DNA of 63,814 nucleotides, the filler included, from Octopus bimaculoides (taxonomy: Eukaryota), in NCBI RefSeq assembly GCF_001194135.2. It is 6 parts of 5 records of this genome, joined end to end, with 100 filler letters (N's around TTAATTAATTAA, not from the genome) between each part and the next. Parts side by side here need not be neighbours in the genome. Positions count along the whole stretch, not along the records: positions 29,397 to 58,385 come from NC_068981.1; positions 58,486 to 60,469 come from NW_026327842.1; positions 60,570 to 62,628 come from NC_068989.1; 3 more parts are not named here. The stretch is one strand, 5' to 3'. Each line of letters begins with the position of its first letter. The stretch's first letter is position 1. Both the position numbers and the translations under genes were made by a program. Under the pieces are notes generated by a model. That model was not told the DNA's origin, ran no database searches, and was given only the letters and a program-made list of their open reading frames with translations. Positions 51,468-62,728 of this stretch are shown here, piece after piece.

Positions 51468-52179
51468 GGAACCTGCGGCAGAGGTAGACCCAGGAAGACA
51501 TGGGATGAGGTGGTGAAGCATGACCTTCAAACGTTGGGCCCCACAGAGGCAATGACAAGAGACCGAGACCTTTAGAGATATGCTGTGATTGAAAAGACCT
51601 GGCAAGTAAAGTGAAATCGAAATCGAAGTTGTGACCAGTGTTGCCTGACTGATACCTGTGCCAGTGACACATAATAAGCACTATTCGAGTGTGGATCGAT
51701 GCTAGTGTCGCCTGACTGATACCTGTGCCAGTAGCACATAATAAGCACTATTCGAGTGTGGATCGATGCTAGTGTCGCCTGACTGGCTCCCCATGCCGGT
51801 GGCATGTAAAAAGCACCATGTGAATGCAGTCGATGCCAGTGCTGCCTGACTGGCTCCTGTGCTGGTGGCATGTAGAAAGCACCATACAAATGTGGTCAAT
51901 GCCAGTTCCCCCTGACTAGCTCCCATGCCAGTGGCGCATAAAAAGCACCATGCAAACATGATTGATGCCAGTGCCCCCTGACTAGCTCCCATGCTGGCGG
52001 CACATAAAAAGCACCTACTACACTCTTGGAGTGGTTGGCATTAGGAAGGGCATCCAGCTGTAGAAACCTTGCCAAATTAGATTGGAGCCTGGTGCAGCCT
52101 ACTGGCTTGCCAGTCTTCAGTCAAACCATCCAACCCATGCCAGCATGGAAAGCAGACGTTAAATGAAGATGATGATGAT
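51468..52179 (+). mobile_element. 5'-truncated RTE 3' end with expanded ~67-bp UTR array
   Basis: GRPRKTWDEVVKHDL C-terminus, six ~67-bp units (51636-52015), standard tail with (GAT)n. Confidence 0.88.
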
Positions 52180-54249
52180 CTACAAAGGTCACTCACAAGG
52201 TTTTGGCTGGCTTAGCATTATAACAGAATACATTCACCCAAAGTACTACACAATGGGACTGAATCTGAACCCATGTGACTGCAAAGTGAACTTCATAACC
52301 ACACAGCCCTCATTATACCAAGTTTAATTACTACTTTTGAAGAGACTCGACTCATAAATAAGATGAGACTAATAACGTTGGTGATATAGAGGAAGCAATA
52401 AAAACAGTGTCAAGAACATCATCAATTACAATGATAGTGACAACATAATAAATAATTCAGTCAAAACACCTCCCAAACCAACATTAATAAAACTTGCAAA
52501 GAAACAAGATGAGATTTATCAAACTTGTCAGTCTTTAATATATTCAAATTTTATTCTGCAGTTGCTGAACTGGCTGGAATCTCTTTTGTAATCCATTCTG
52601 CATTGATTTTAAAGATCTTTTAATCATTTGAATTATATTTACTATGCCACCACAAAATACAGATTGTACCATTTTTAAAAACGCTAATTTTGTTTGGTGG
52701 AATCTTATCAGTGATCAGGTCATAGACCATCATTTGTTTTCATGCTGACATGGGTTGGACAGTTCAATGGTAGCAAGTGAGCCAAAAAACTATCCCAAGC
52801 TCCAATGTCTGCTTTGGCATGGTTTCTACAGCTGAATCCCTTTTCTAATGCCAACTTTATAAAATGTATATAGCACTGGCACCAGTGAGGTCACTAAGTA
52901 CTACCAAGATTAAACCCCCTCAAATGAGTGGGGGTGGTGGTAATAGTGAGGTAGGTTGCTTTATGTCAGGTAATGAAAGGTTAAAGTATGATGGGACGGG
53001 AACAGGTGTCTTGTAGGGAAGATAGGTGGTTATTTCAGGTGGAAAAGAGACGGGAGAGAAGATGCTTCAGGGGATACCCTAATGCACAACAAAATTTAAC
53101 ACTACAGTTATACAACAACGTTCCTCCAAGGAGATTCCATAAAAACACTAATGTTCTACAAAGAGTGCCTTCAATGTAGAAGGCACCACCTTTCACTCAC
53201 CTCAACCTTCTGCACCCAGATGTCATCCACACTCAGAATACAAATATCTTTCAGCAGTTATGCCTCATTATGAATGAGCAATGGATTTCAGAACATTCTT
53301 CAATGGGCTAACATGATAACAGTATGAAAACACAATCACCAGACCTAAAAAGTAAAAAAAACCCTTGTACCCCACTCTCTAATCACAACATCAAAAACCC
53401 TTAAAATTACTACTAATATTAAGGGTTACAATTTCTGATAACCTCTCGCAGTGACTCCATAATTGAACTGAAACAAAAGACTAGGATCCCTCTATAGGGT
53501 AAGAAAATTCTCCAGTCCCCAGTTGCTGATCCATACTAGAGTATTGCACACATATGTAAAAGAGCTCATACTGCTACTACATACAAATATTAATGACTAG
53601 ACTATATGCTTATATACACAAGTATATATGTGAGCATTTACAAATGTAAGTGTGTAGACATGTCTGCGTGTGTGTTTGCATATGTAAACATATGTTTATG
53701 TACTGATAAGTGTGTCTGTTCATGTTGTATGTATGACTGTTACTCTGTTGAAGGTTGTATGTATCTATATTTACTATAAAAAAAAACAAATTGTATTTTT
53801 TTGTTGTCAAATCAGTCTAATCGAAAGATTAGTTTCTTCCCTTTCAGGATGAAGTTAAATTTGGAACATTTTCCCATTATGCAGTATTTTGGGTATTTAT
53901 ACCCCAAACATCACAATAACTACTGCTCCAATTTATGCAAAACTTGTTTCATTCTGTTCCTACTAACATTTTAGGGTAAACCTAATTCAAAGTATTTTCC
54001 CATTATGCACCAGTTTGGCTGGGTAACATTGCAAGCAAGCAAGCAAGATTCAAACTGACTTTTAATGTATTATAGACAGAGCAGCTCTATGCAGCCCTTT
54101 GGCTTGTTGGATCCTGTTGAACAGTGTCACCACCATCATCATTTAATGTCCATCATCTATGCTGGCATGAGTTACAATGACAAAGATGACAAAAATGATG
54201 ATGAGGATGACAACAAAAATGATTTGTTAATCAGCACACTCCAGCACTC

Positions 54250-54430
54250 ACAGTCAAGTTACTATTTCCCTTCATTTCTGCTACAACAACCTCTTCTCCT
54301 CTGATCCAGCCACCTGTAGACCCTCCACACCCAGAATCGCACTACTCCCTTCCCACTCATCCTACTTACCATGCCTCACATTTCAGAGCCTACACAAAAC
54401 ATTTCACCCTTACTCCTTCAAGATCTGGCT
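54250..54430 (+). mobile_element. possible degraded L2/CR1-group LINE 3' fragment
   Basis: CYNNLFSSDPATCRPSTPR...SHSSYLPCL...TKHF loosely resembles the YYNGLCSSELA..RP...HPYTV.LP..RT.HY C-terminus. Confidence 0.3.
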
Positions 54431-55109
54431 TGTTTGAAAATATAGCTAAGTACAATCACTTCAAATCTTGAATCAATATAGTGACTGCTGAATTACAGCT
54501 TGTTAATGACCTCATATATCACTTAATATCTTCTATTAAAACTTTATACAGTTTGTGTTAATATGCTTTGTAAGATATCCGCCTTTACCTGAATTTTTCT
54601 TGCAGACATTGACCGAAAGATATTCTCTTTAGTAAGTTGTAAACAAACATGTAATGGCTGCAAGTCTAGAAGCAGCAAATGTAGAATCATGAGAAATAGA
54701 TTAGGCAACAAACATATGAGCCAACAGTTATCTCAAGGTTTGTTATTGTAGCTAATATGAAAATATATTCGGAAAGAAAAAACCAAAATTATAATTACTA
54801 AATTAATTGATGTACAGAAATCAAAAGCTTTTTAGCAAAATTGTTTTAAAAAAATATAAGCAGTGTAACAGTATTAAACAATCTGTAATTTAAATCTTGA
54901 ATTCAGATTCCAACCAATATCAAACAAAATTATTCATCTATCAAATATGTCTTTTAATGATTTTTTTGTTTAACTAAAAAATAAAAAATCACAACACAAT
55001 CAAAATTATCAATTGGAATATAATGGAATACTATTTCAAAAGCATAAAACCATCTAATTTAATGAAGAAAAGAAAGCAAAAGACAAAAATTAAATTAAGA
55101 AGAGTTATT

Positions 55110-55320
55110 GCTATAATCATTTTATGTCCACTTTTCCATGCTTGCATGGGTCAGACAGAAATTGTTGAGGGAGATTTTCTATGATCGGAGACCTTGTCTG
55201 TAGCCAACCCTATCCTGTTTCCAACCAATGGAGAACTGGAAACAAACAACATTGCTTTATGATGATGATGATGCTCGTTTACAAGCATTACATGATATCA
55301 AGACAAGGGTACAAAGATAC
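55110..55320 (-). mobile_element. family F copy
   Basis: Reverse complement of 31250-31490. Confidence 0.65.
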
Positions 55321-55334
55321 ACACACACACATAT

Positions 55335-55635
55335 GTCTATGTGTGACAAGCTTCTTTCGGTCTTCATTCACAAAATCCACTCAAAAAGCTTTGGTCAGCT
55401 CAGGACTGTAGTAGAAGACACTTGCCCAAGGTACCACACAGTGGGACTGAACCCAGAACCATGTGGTTGAAATGCTAACAAGCCTATGATGGATTTCTCT
55501 TAATTTCTCTCTATCATCTACTCCCAAGGATTTGGTCAGCCCAAGACTGTAGTAGAAGAGATTTGCCCATGGTGCCATGCACTGGGATTGAACCTAAGAC
55601 CATGTGGTTGAGAATAAAACTTAACCATACAGTCG
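55335..55635 (-). mobile_element. two tandem SINE-C 5' halves
   Basis: TTTGGTCAGC.CA.GACTGTAGTAGAAGA...GGGA.TGAACC.A..ACCATGTGGTTGA occurs twice. Confidence 0.7.
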
Positions 55636-55811
55636 CACATGTATAGACTCCATTTCAATCTATATTCTAAAATGGAAATTTTACAACTTTCAAAAAAGAC
55701 TACCCTTTACAAATAAAACTTTCTGATCAACAATCTTAATTATACTAGAATTCTCATCATTGTAACTTTCATTTTTCCATGCTTGCTCTGGTCCTTTCCA
55801 AAATGTAAGTG

Positions 55812-56180
55812 CAGGCATGGCTGTGTGATTTAGAAGCTTGCTTCTTAACTATGCAGTCTCAAGTTCAGTCCCCATTGCTTGGCACCTTGGGTAAGTGTCT
55901 CACCATAACCTCAAGTCAACCAAATTCCTGTAAGTGGATTTGGAAGACAGAAACTGAAGGAAGACTGAGTGTGTATGTGTATCCTTGTTTTGACATCAAA
56001 ATGTGACTGTAAATGAGTGTCACCACCATATAAGAGATGTTTCTTTCTAGTCTTCAATGGAAAACATGCCTGGCCATGAGGTAATATTGCCTTGCCTGGA
56101 AACAAGATTTGGTTAAAACCTGTTCCAACAATTTCTTTCTGATCCATGCAAGAATGGAAAGGTAAACATTAAACATTGGT
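55812..56180 (+). mobile_element. SINE-C head followed by a family F body
   Basis: GCAGGCATGGCTGTGTG head, GAGTGTCACCACCAT...GGAAAACATGCCTGGCCA...CATGCAAGAATGGAAA. Confidence 0.6.
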
Positions 56181-56810
56181 ATCAGAGACAGGGGCAGTCT
56201 CAGGTGAGTCAATATCAAAAGGGTTAATTCTATACTTAGCCAGTTAAAAACCAGAGAGGGAAAATACTGGCAAAAACAAATTCAGATACAACAGAAATGC
56301 AATGGGAAAAAGGAACTAGTATGTTTGGCTTTCCTTAGTTCCAGACTGTTTCTAAGTAGCAACATTAAGATTTGTCTTTTATAACTATTGCTCACTTTAT
56401 ATTCCAATTCCAACAATATTAGTTCTAGTGTTGGTAAATGACAAAGCAATTATCAGTACCTACACTCCTATTTAAAACTGGTAACCTGGCTGCTATCAAT
56501 ACTCCAGTCATCAGAATCATTTAATGTAAATCACACAAAATATCAATAACAGATCAATCAAGTTCACTATCAACATGTTCAACAGCATTTTAACCTGACT
56601 GTAACCAGTTGACGTAGTTGTTGCAACAACTGTGCTACTGTGCAGATATTGACTTTGGTGTTTCTTTAATTTACCTAACTCCTCAGTGCACCATTTAACA
56701 CAAGTGGTGTCTGTGTGCATGTGTGTGTAATTAGCAGCATATGTCTATATATTAGTAAAAAAAAGCAACAGAGGTTGCATTTGTGTATGTATTAACAGTT
56801 AGCAGTAGAG

Positions 56811-56846
<36 letters not shown>

Positions 56847-56849
56847 TTA

Positions 56850-57065
56850 TCATCATGTAACATCCATTGTCCATGCTGGCATGGGTTGGACAGTTTGACC
56901 AGAGCTAGCAAGTCACAGAGCTGCTCTAGTCTGATTTGGCATGATTTCTATGGCTGGATGTCCTTCCTAATGCCAACCACTTTACAGAGTGTGCTGAATG
57001 CTTTTATGTGACACTGCATGGGCATTTTTACATGGCACCACACAGGTGCATTTTACGTGACACCA
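56850..57065 (-). mobile_element. RTE-type 3' tail fragment
   Basis: Reverse complement of the RTE tail. Confidence 0.7.
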
Positions 57066-58015
57066 GTAGGTCAATCCTCTCCACCAGGGGAATCAGGCAT
57101 CCTGGACCTTTATTAGTAATTTTAGTTTGAGAAATGCTGAACTATGTCCCCTGCCCCACCCACTTTTTTTAGGGGGAAATTTGGCAGTTTTTTCTTACAG
57201 ATGTAACAACCACATGAATGCTTCCTCATTGGCTCACAATCAGAAGAGTTTTTGCATATGATAAGGTGATTGTGGCAGGGAGGCTAGCAATATGAAGACA
57301 TATTGAAGAACCTTCTTGAGGGATGGCAAAGTGGGCCGCAAATGTGGTAAATGGAGGAGGAGGAGGAGGAGGACTGCTGACAGAGTTGTGTTGGTTGAGA
57401 AGTGATGGGTATAAGGATTCTACAAAGTTGGTTGAGGACCTCCTAGCCAGAGAACAGAAGGCTCTACTGTAATTTGAGAGGCTGGAAAAACAAAAAACTT
57501 TCAGGCTGTGCAATGTACAAAGATATCATTTGATTTTTTTTTTATTGTAGACTTTTATTAAATTATATTGGTAGGGAGATTTAGTAGGTATATTATAGCC
57601 CCTTCCTTAGGAGCTTTGCTGTCTTGAGGTATGTGAATGAACATGCTTAGAAGGGGGGGTTTTGGTCACCTGTTCAGTGATTTGAGGTAAGTCAGCAGTG
57701 ACTCATGTTTGCTGCCAGGCAGTTGTCATAGAAATGGCAGAACTCCAACTCCAACTCCCTCTCCCTCCCCCTCTCCCTCCCGCCCTCTCCCTCTCTCATA
57801 TTGATTTTATCTGAGGGAATGGTCAGTGTCTGAGACTGGTGACATAAACATGGTTGACAGTAGCAAATCAACAGCTGAAGGAAAAACATGGCCACATAAT
57901 GAGGAAGCCCTTTCCAGTACCATTAATATACTCCAGAGATAGCCCCTATTCTTATTGTACACTTAAATTTCTCTTCTATTTATGGGGATAAATTTACTAC
58001 AGAGTTCTGTGATGC

Positions 58016-58385
58016 AACCAATCTTATGGTCTGCAATACCAACTTCAGGAAACCTGCCAGTCACCTAGTCACCTACCGCTCCGGCAGACACTCTAGCCAA
58101 ATCGACTACATCCTCGCCAGAAATAGGGAAAGAGGGCGGCTTATAAATGCCAAAACCTACCCTGGCGAAGAATGTACCCCACAACATAGATTAGTAGTTA
58201 GCGACTTTGGGATCAAGGCAAAATGGGTGCCCAGAATTAGACAGGCTTGGAGAAGAAGGGTGTGGAAGCTTAAAGACCCTGCAAACGGACAGAGACTTAG
58301 AGACAAGTTACTTGAAGCATTTAACGAAATAGAAGGGGATATAGCATCATACAACGTGGAAGACAATTGGAGATTTCTGCGGGAC
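58016..58385 (+). mobile_element. RTE endonuclease C-terminal fragment, little decayed
   Basis: CNTNFRK..HLVTYRSG..SSQIDYIL...QHRLVVSDF...WKLKDP; open frame up to the gap. Confidence 0.9.
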
Positions 58386-58485
58386 NNNNNNNNNNNNNNN
58401 NNNNNNNNNNNNNNNNNNNNNNNNNNNNNTTAATTAATTAANNNNNNNNNNNNNNNNNNNNNNNNNNNNNNNNNNNNNNNNNNNN
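58386..58485. other. assembly spacer N44-TTAATTAATTAA-N44
   Basis: Exactly 100 bp. Confidence 0.9.
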
Positions 58486-60040
58486 CCTTCGTCAGTTGTC
58501 CCTGTTCCATCTACTCCGCGTTTCGAAGGGCTGTCCCTAAAACCTTCGTACTGAGAGATGTGCCAGCCACACAACTAGATGTGTCTGTACTATTCCAAAG
58601 ATTCCAGCTATCTCGTCTAAGGTGAAGGCCATGCAATGCATTCACGGTAAGAAACTCAAAATCGGGTAGTAGTGTTGCACTCCCAAACTCCAAATGCATG
58701 AGATTGGTCATCGAAAGATTGATTACACTGCAGGTGCTCCAGCATGGCCCAAGCTTTTGCGCTGAAACATATAAACTAAATTAGCAGAATAAAAGATACA
58801 GATTACAGAGATATATAATGGACTAAACAGAACAGGATGGAACGCATGGAAGGAAGAGTCGCTGAAGAGGTCAATATATATACGTATATATATATATAAA
58901 CAAATAGTAAATGAGTATATGCATATATACGTACAGGTATGTGCATACCGACATCCACCTGTATGTATAGGAGCATTTCTGGGTACAGGACATTGCAAAC
59001 AAACCGTAGACGAGAAAACACACAAGCCACATAGAGAACATTCTACTTCATCAGCTACCTCCGTTTTAACACCGGCGTTTCGAAGAGCTGGGCAGGACGC
59101 ATCGTTAAAACGGCTCTTCCCATGGACCGAAAATTAAATCTTGCCATGGAGGAATGTAGTGGCGGACAAAAAACAAAACAGGAAGACAAACAGAAAAGGC
59201 TTTACGGCCAGACGAGAAAAATTATGTGTGNNNNNNNNNNNNNNNNNNNNNNNNNNNNNNNNNNNNNNNNNNNNNNNNNNNNNNNNNNNNNNNNNNNNNN
59301 NNNNNNNNNNNNNNNNNNNNNNNNNNNNNNNNNNNNNNNNNNNNNNNNNNNNNNNNNNNNNNNNNNNNNNNNNNNNNNNNNNNNNNNNNNNNNNNNNNNN
59401 NNNNNNNNNNNNNNNNNNNNNNNNNNNNNNNNNNNNNNNNNNNNNNNNNNNNNNNNNNNNNNNNNNNNNNNNNNNNNNNNNNNNNNNNNNNNNNNNNNNN
59501 NNNNNNNNNNNNNNNNNNNNNNNNNNNNNNNNNNNNNNNNNNNNNNNNNNNNNNNNNNNNNNNNNNNNNNNNNNNNNNNNNNNNNNNNNNNNNNNNNNNN
59601 NNNNNNNNNNNNNNNNNNNNNNNNNNNNNNNNNNNNNNNNNNNNNNNNNNNNNNNNNNNNNNNNNNNNNNNNNNNNNNNNNNNNNNNNNNNNNNNNNNNN
59701 NNNNNNNNNNNNNNNNNNNNNNNNNNNNNNNNNNNNNNNNNNNNNNNNNNNNNNNNNNNNNNNNNNNNNNNNNNNNNNNNNNNNNNNNNNNNNNNNNNNN
59801 NNNNNNNNNNNNNNNNNNNNNNNNNNNNNNNNNNNNNNNNNNNNNNNNNNNNNNNNNNNNNNNNNNNNNNNNNNNNNNNNNNNNNNNNNNNNNNNNNNNN
59901 NNNNNNNNNNNNNNNNNNNNNNNNNNNNNNNNNNNNNNNNNNNNNNNNNNNNNNNNNNNNNNNNNNNNNNNNNNNNNNNNNNNNNNNNNNNNNNNNNNNN
60001 NNNNNNNNNNNNNNNNNNNNNNNNNNNNNNNNNNNNNNNN

Positions 60041-60132
60041 TGTCTTCTACTGTAGCTTCGGCCCGACCAAAGCCTTGTGAGTGGATTTGGTTGACGGAAA
60101 CTGAAAGAAACCCGTCGTATACACACACACAC

Positions 60133-60145
<13 letters not shown>
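60041..60145 (+). mobile_element. SINE family C middle part
   Basis: TGTCTTCTACTGTAGCTTCGGCCCGACCAAAGCCTTGTGAGTGGATTTGGTTGACGGAAACTGAAAGAA; CpGs retained. Confidence 0.75.
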
Positions 60146-60201
<56 letters not shown>

Positions 60202-60438
60202 AAATATTTGTTCATATACATTTATGCATGCATATATATTTTTCGTGATTTTCTATATGTACGTGTGGTATATGATTGTGTCTGTTTGTGTTTAAGTAGG
60301 TACGTGCTTGTGTGAATGCATCTGTGCAAAGATATGCAACTATCTATCTATCTATCTTTCTATCTGTATATGTATATAAATCTTTCATTTCGAAGTTATT
60401 TAAATAACTTTAAAAATATATTGTTCACGCACTCTCAT

Positions 60439-60469
<31 letters not shown>

Positions 60470-60569
60470 NNNNNNNNNNNNNNNNNNNNNNNNNNNNNNN
60501 NNNNNNNNNNNNNTTAATTAATTAANNNNNNNNNNNNNNNNNNNNNNNNNNNNNNNNNNNNNNNNNNNN
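60470..60569. other. assembly spacer N44-TTAATTAATTAA-N44
   Basis: Exactly 100 bp. Confidence 0.9.
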
Positions 60570-61152
60570 ATATATATATATATATATATATTACCTTACA
60601 CCTTTCCAGACTGTGTTTAGATCGGTCAAATAATAAAACAAAAATCTCTTTAATAAACACAATCAAACGAACTCAACAGACAACTAGCTCGATTCACAGA
60701 CAGAATTTATATCCACTTAAAGGTGTGTTTTGCTAACCATATGAACACACGTCAGCATACAAACCTGCGTGTGCGTATATAAATATATACACACATTTAA
60801 ATATATAGGTACGTTTGTATGTATGATTTAACGTGGAGTGTTGCAGAGAAACAAAAATAATAACATGACCAGGTCCCGATAACTCCGAATCTAAACATGG
60901 CTACAGTGAAATAAATATTTCTAACTTCAACTATTTCCATTTGATCTTTCCTTCGTCTCTGGCAAAAACACCTTTCTCTATTTATCTCTCACTCGTTTGT
61001 TTGTTTGCTTATTTCTATCTATATCAATGCTCCTGAATATGCTGTGTGAGTATGCATATATGCATATATATGTACGTGTGTATACATACGCGCACACACC
61101 CAAATATATATATGCATAATATATACACACATATATATATTCATATATATGG

Positions 61153-61183
<31 letters not shown>

Positions 61184-61624
61184 NNNNNNNNNNNNNNNNN
61201 NNNNNNNNNNNNNNNNNNNNNNNNNNNNNNNNNNNNNNNNNNNNNNNNNNNNNNNNNNNNNNNNNNNNNNNNNNNNNNNNNNNNNNNNNNNNNNNNNNNN
61301 NNNNNNNNNNNNNNNNNNNNNNNNNNNNNNNNNNNNNNNNNNNNNNNNNNNNNNNNNNNNNNNNNNNNNNNNNNNNNNNNNNNNNNNNNNNNNNNNNNNN
61401 NNNNNNNNNNNNNNNNNNNNNNNNNNNNNNNNNNNNNNNNNNNNNNNNNNNNNNNNNNNNNNNNNNNNNNNNNNNNNNNNNNNNNNNNNNNNNNNNNNNN
61501 NNNNNNNNNNNNNNNNNNNNNNNNNNNNNNNNNNNNNNNNNNNNNNNNNNNNNNNNNNNNNNNNNNNNNNNNNNNNNNNNNNNNNNNNNNNNNNNNNNNN
61601 NNNNNNNNNNNNNNNNNNNNNNNN

Positions 61625-61659
<35 letters not shown>

Positions 61660-61805
61660 TTGAGCTTGAGTCATGGCCGCCCTCACGCACTTCTGACGAA
61701 GGATTCCGGAAGAAGCTTCCTGAGACCATTGCAGAGACGCTTCCGGAACAAAAAAAAAGAAACGTTATAAAATCGATTATAGCAGTGACTCGATCAATTC
61801 CTAGG

Positions 61806-61847
61806 GATATCTGAAGAAGGAATTTTTATATTCCGAAATATTATATC
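61806..61847 (+). ncRNA. minimal type I hammerhead-ribozyme-like motif
   Basis: GATAT-CTGAAGA-A-GGAAT-TTTTAT-ATTCC-GAAA-TA-T-T-ATATC: stem I GATAT/ATATC, stem II GGAAT/ATTCC, CUGANGA and GAAA core, very short palindromic helix III. Confidence 0.5.
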
Positions 61848-62069
61848 AGACTGTGGATGATTAAATCACAACAGTTATTATAGTGCATTGTTGTGCCATT
61901 CAAAACACATTATTATTTTTTACAAACAATACACAATGCTTCAAGCGAACTACAATACTCTCCCTTTTTGGGTCTCTGAATATTTGCCGTGAGAACCATT
62001 TTTTAAAAGGATTGTCAGTTACTTCCTTTCACGGTTTTCAACGAGGAACAGCTTGTTGCTTTTGCTGCT

Positions 62070-62073
62070 GCAT

Positions 62074-62104
<31 letters not shown>

Positions 62105-62117
62105 TATGCTGCTGCTG

Positions 62118-62172
<55 letters not shown>
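62070..62172. repeat. (CTA)n/(CTG)n microsatellite
   Basis: Directly visible. Confidence 0.95.
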
Positions 62173-62174
<2 letters not shown>

Positions 62175-62569
62175 CAACCCTTTAATTCAGAAGATAAAGC
62201 TGAGAGGGTCTTGCAAAATCGATGAAGTGAAGAAATTTGTAGTTTGCAGCAAATCGTTGAGGACTGAGATACAAACATGAAAACAGATAAATAAATAAAT
62301 AAATATGAATAAAAAAATAAATAACGAAAGAGTTTAGAAAACTGGTTGACTCCACACTTGTGTAATTAGGTATTGAGAAGAAAATATCGTCTCAGCTTAC
62401 GTAAATAGATATTAGTAGTACACAATCACAGCATGACAATAAAATTTACTATATTACAATATTCTGATAGGTTTATAAATTTATAAATGTGCTGGTAAGG
62501 ACAAGGTTATGTATCTTGAGTTTCAGTCCATATTATTAAGACTAGATGTAATATAAACATATTATAAAT

Positions 62570-62628
62570 ATATACATACATACATACATACATACATACA
62601 TACATACATACATACATACATACATACA
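62570..62628. repeat. (TACA)n microsatellite
   Basis: Directly visible. Confidence 0.95.
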
Positions 62629-62728
62629 NNNNNNNNNNNNNNNNNNNNNNNNNNNNNNNNNNNNNNNNNNNNTTAATTAATTAANNNNNNNNNNNNNNNN
62701 NNNNNNNNNNNNNNNNNNNNNNNNNNNN
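62629..62728. other. assembly spacer N44-TTAATTAATTAA-N44
   Basis: Exactly 100 bp. Confidence 0.9.

Noticed and set aside
51636-52015. Regularly spaced repeats resembling a CRISPR array
   Set aside because: Whole units are homologous with no unique spacers, they lie in an RTE 3' UTR, and the context is eukaryotic with no cas genes
52562-53892. Plus-strand exon candidates 52562-52587 and 53848-53892
   Set aside because: Weak donors and no recognisable product
54606-54631. Plus-strand 26-nt micro-exon candidate (TTTTCTTGCAG...TTA|GTAAGT)
   Set aside because: Good motifs but I could not link it to other exons into a coherent peptide; such matches are expected by chance
57226-57513. 95-aa ORF with poly-Pro and a strong minus-strand acceptor at 57482
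   Set aside because: No recognisable homology; poly-Pro comes from a (GGA)n repeat; could be UTR or old LINE sequence but is unsupported
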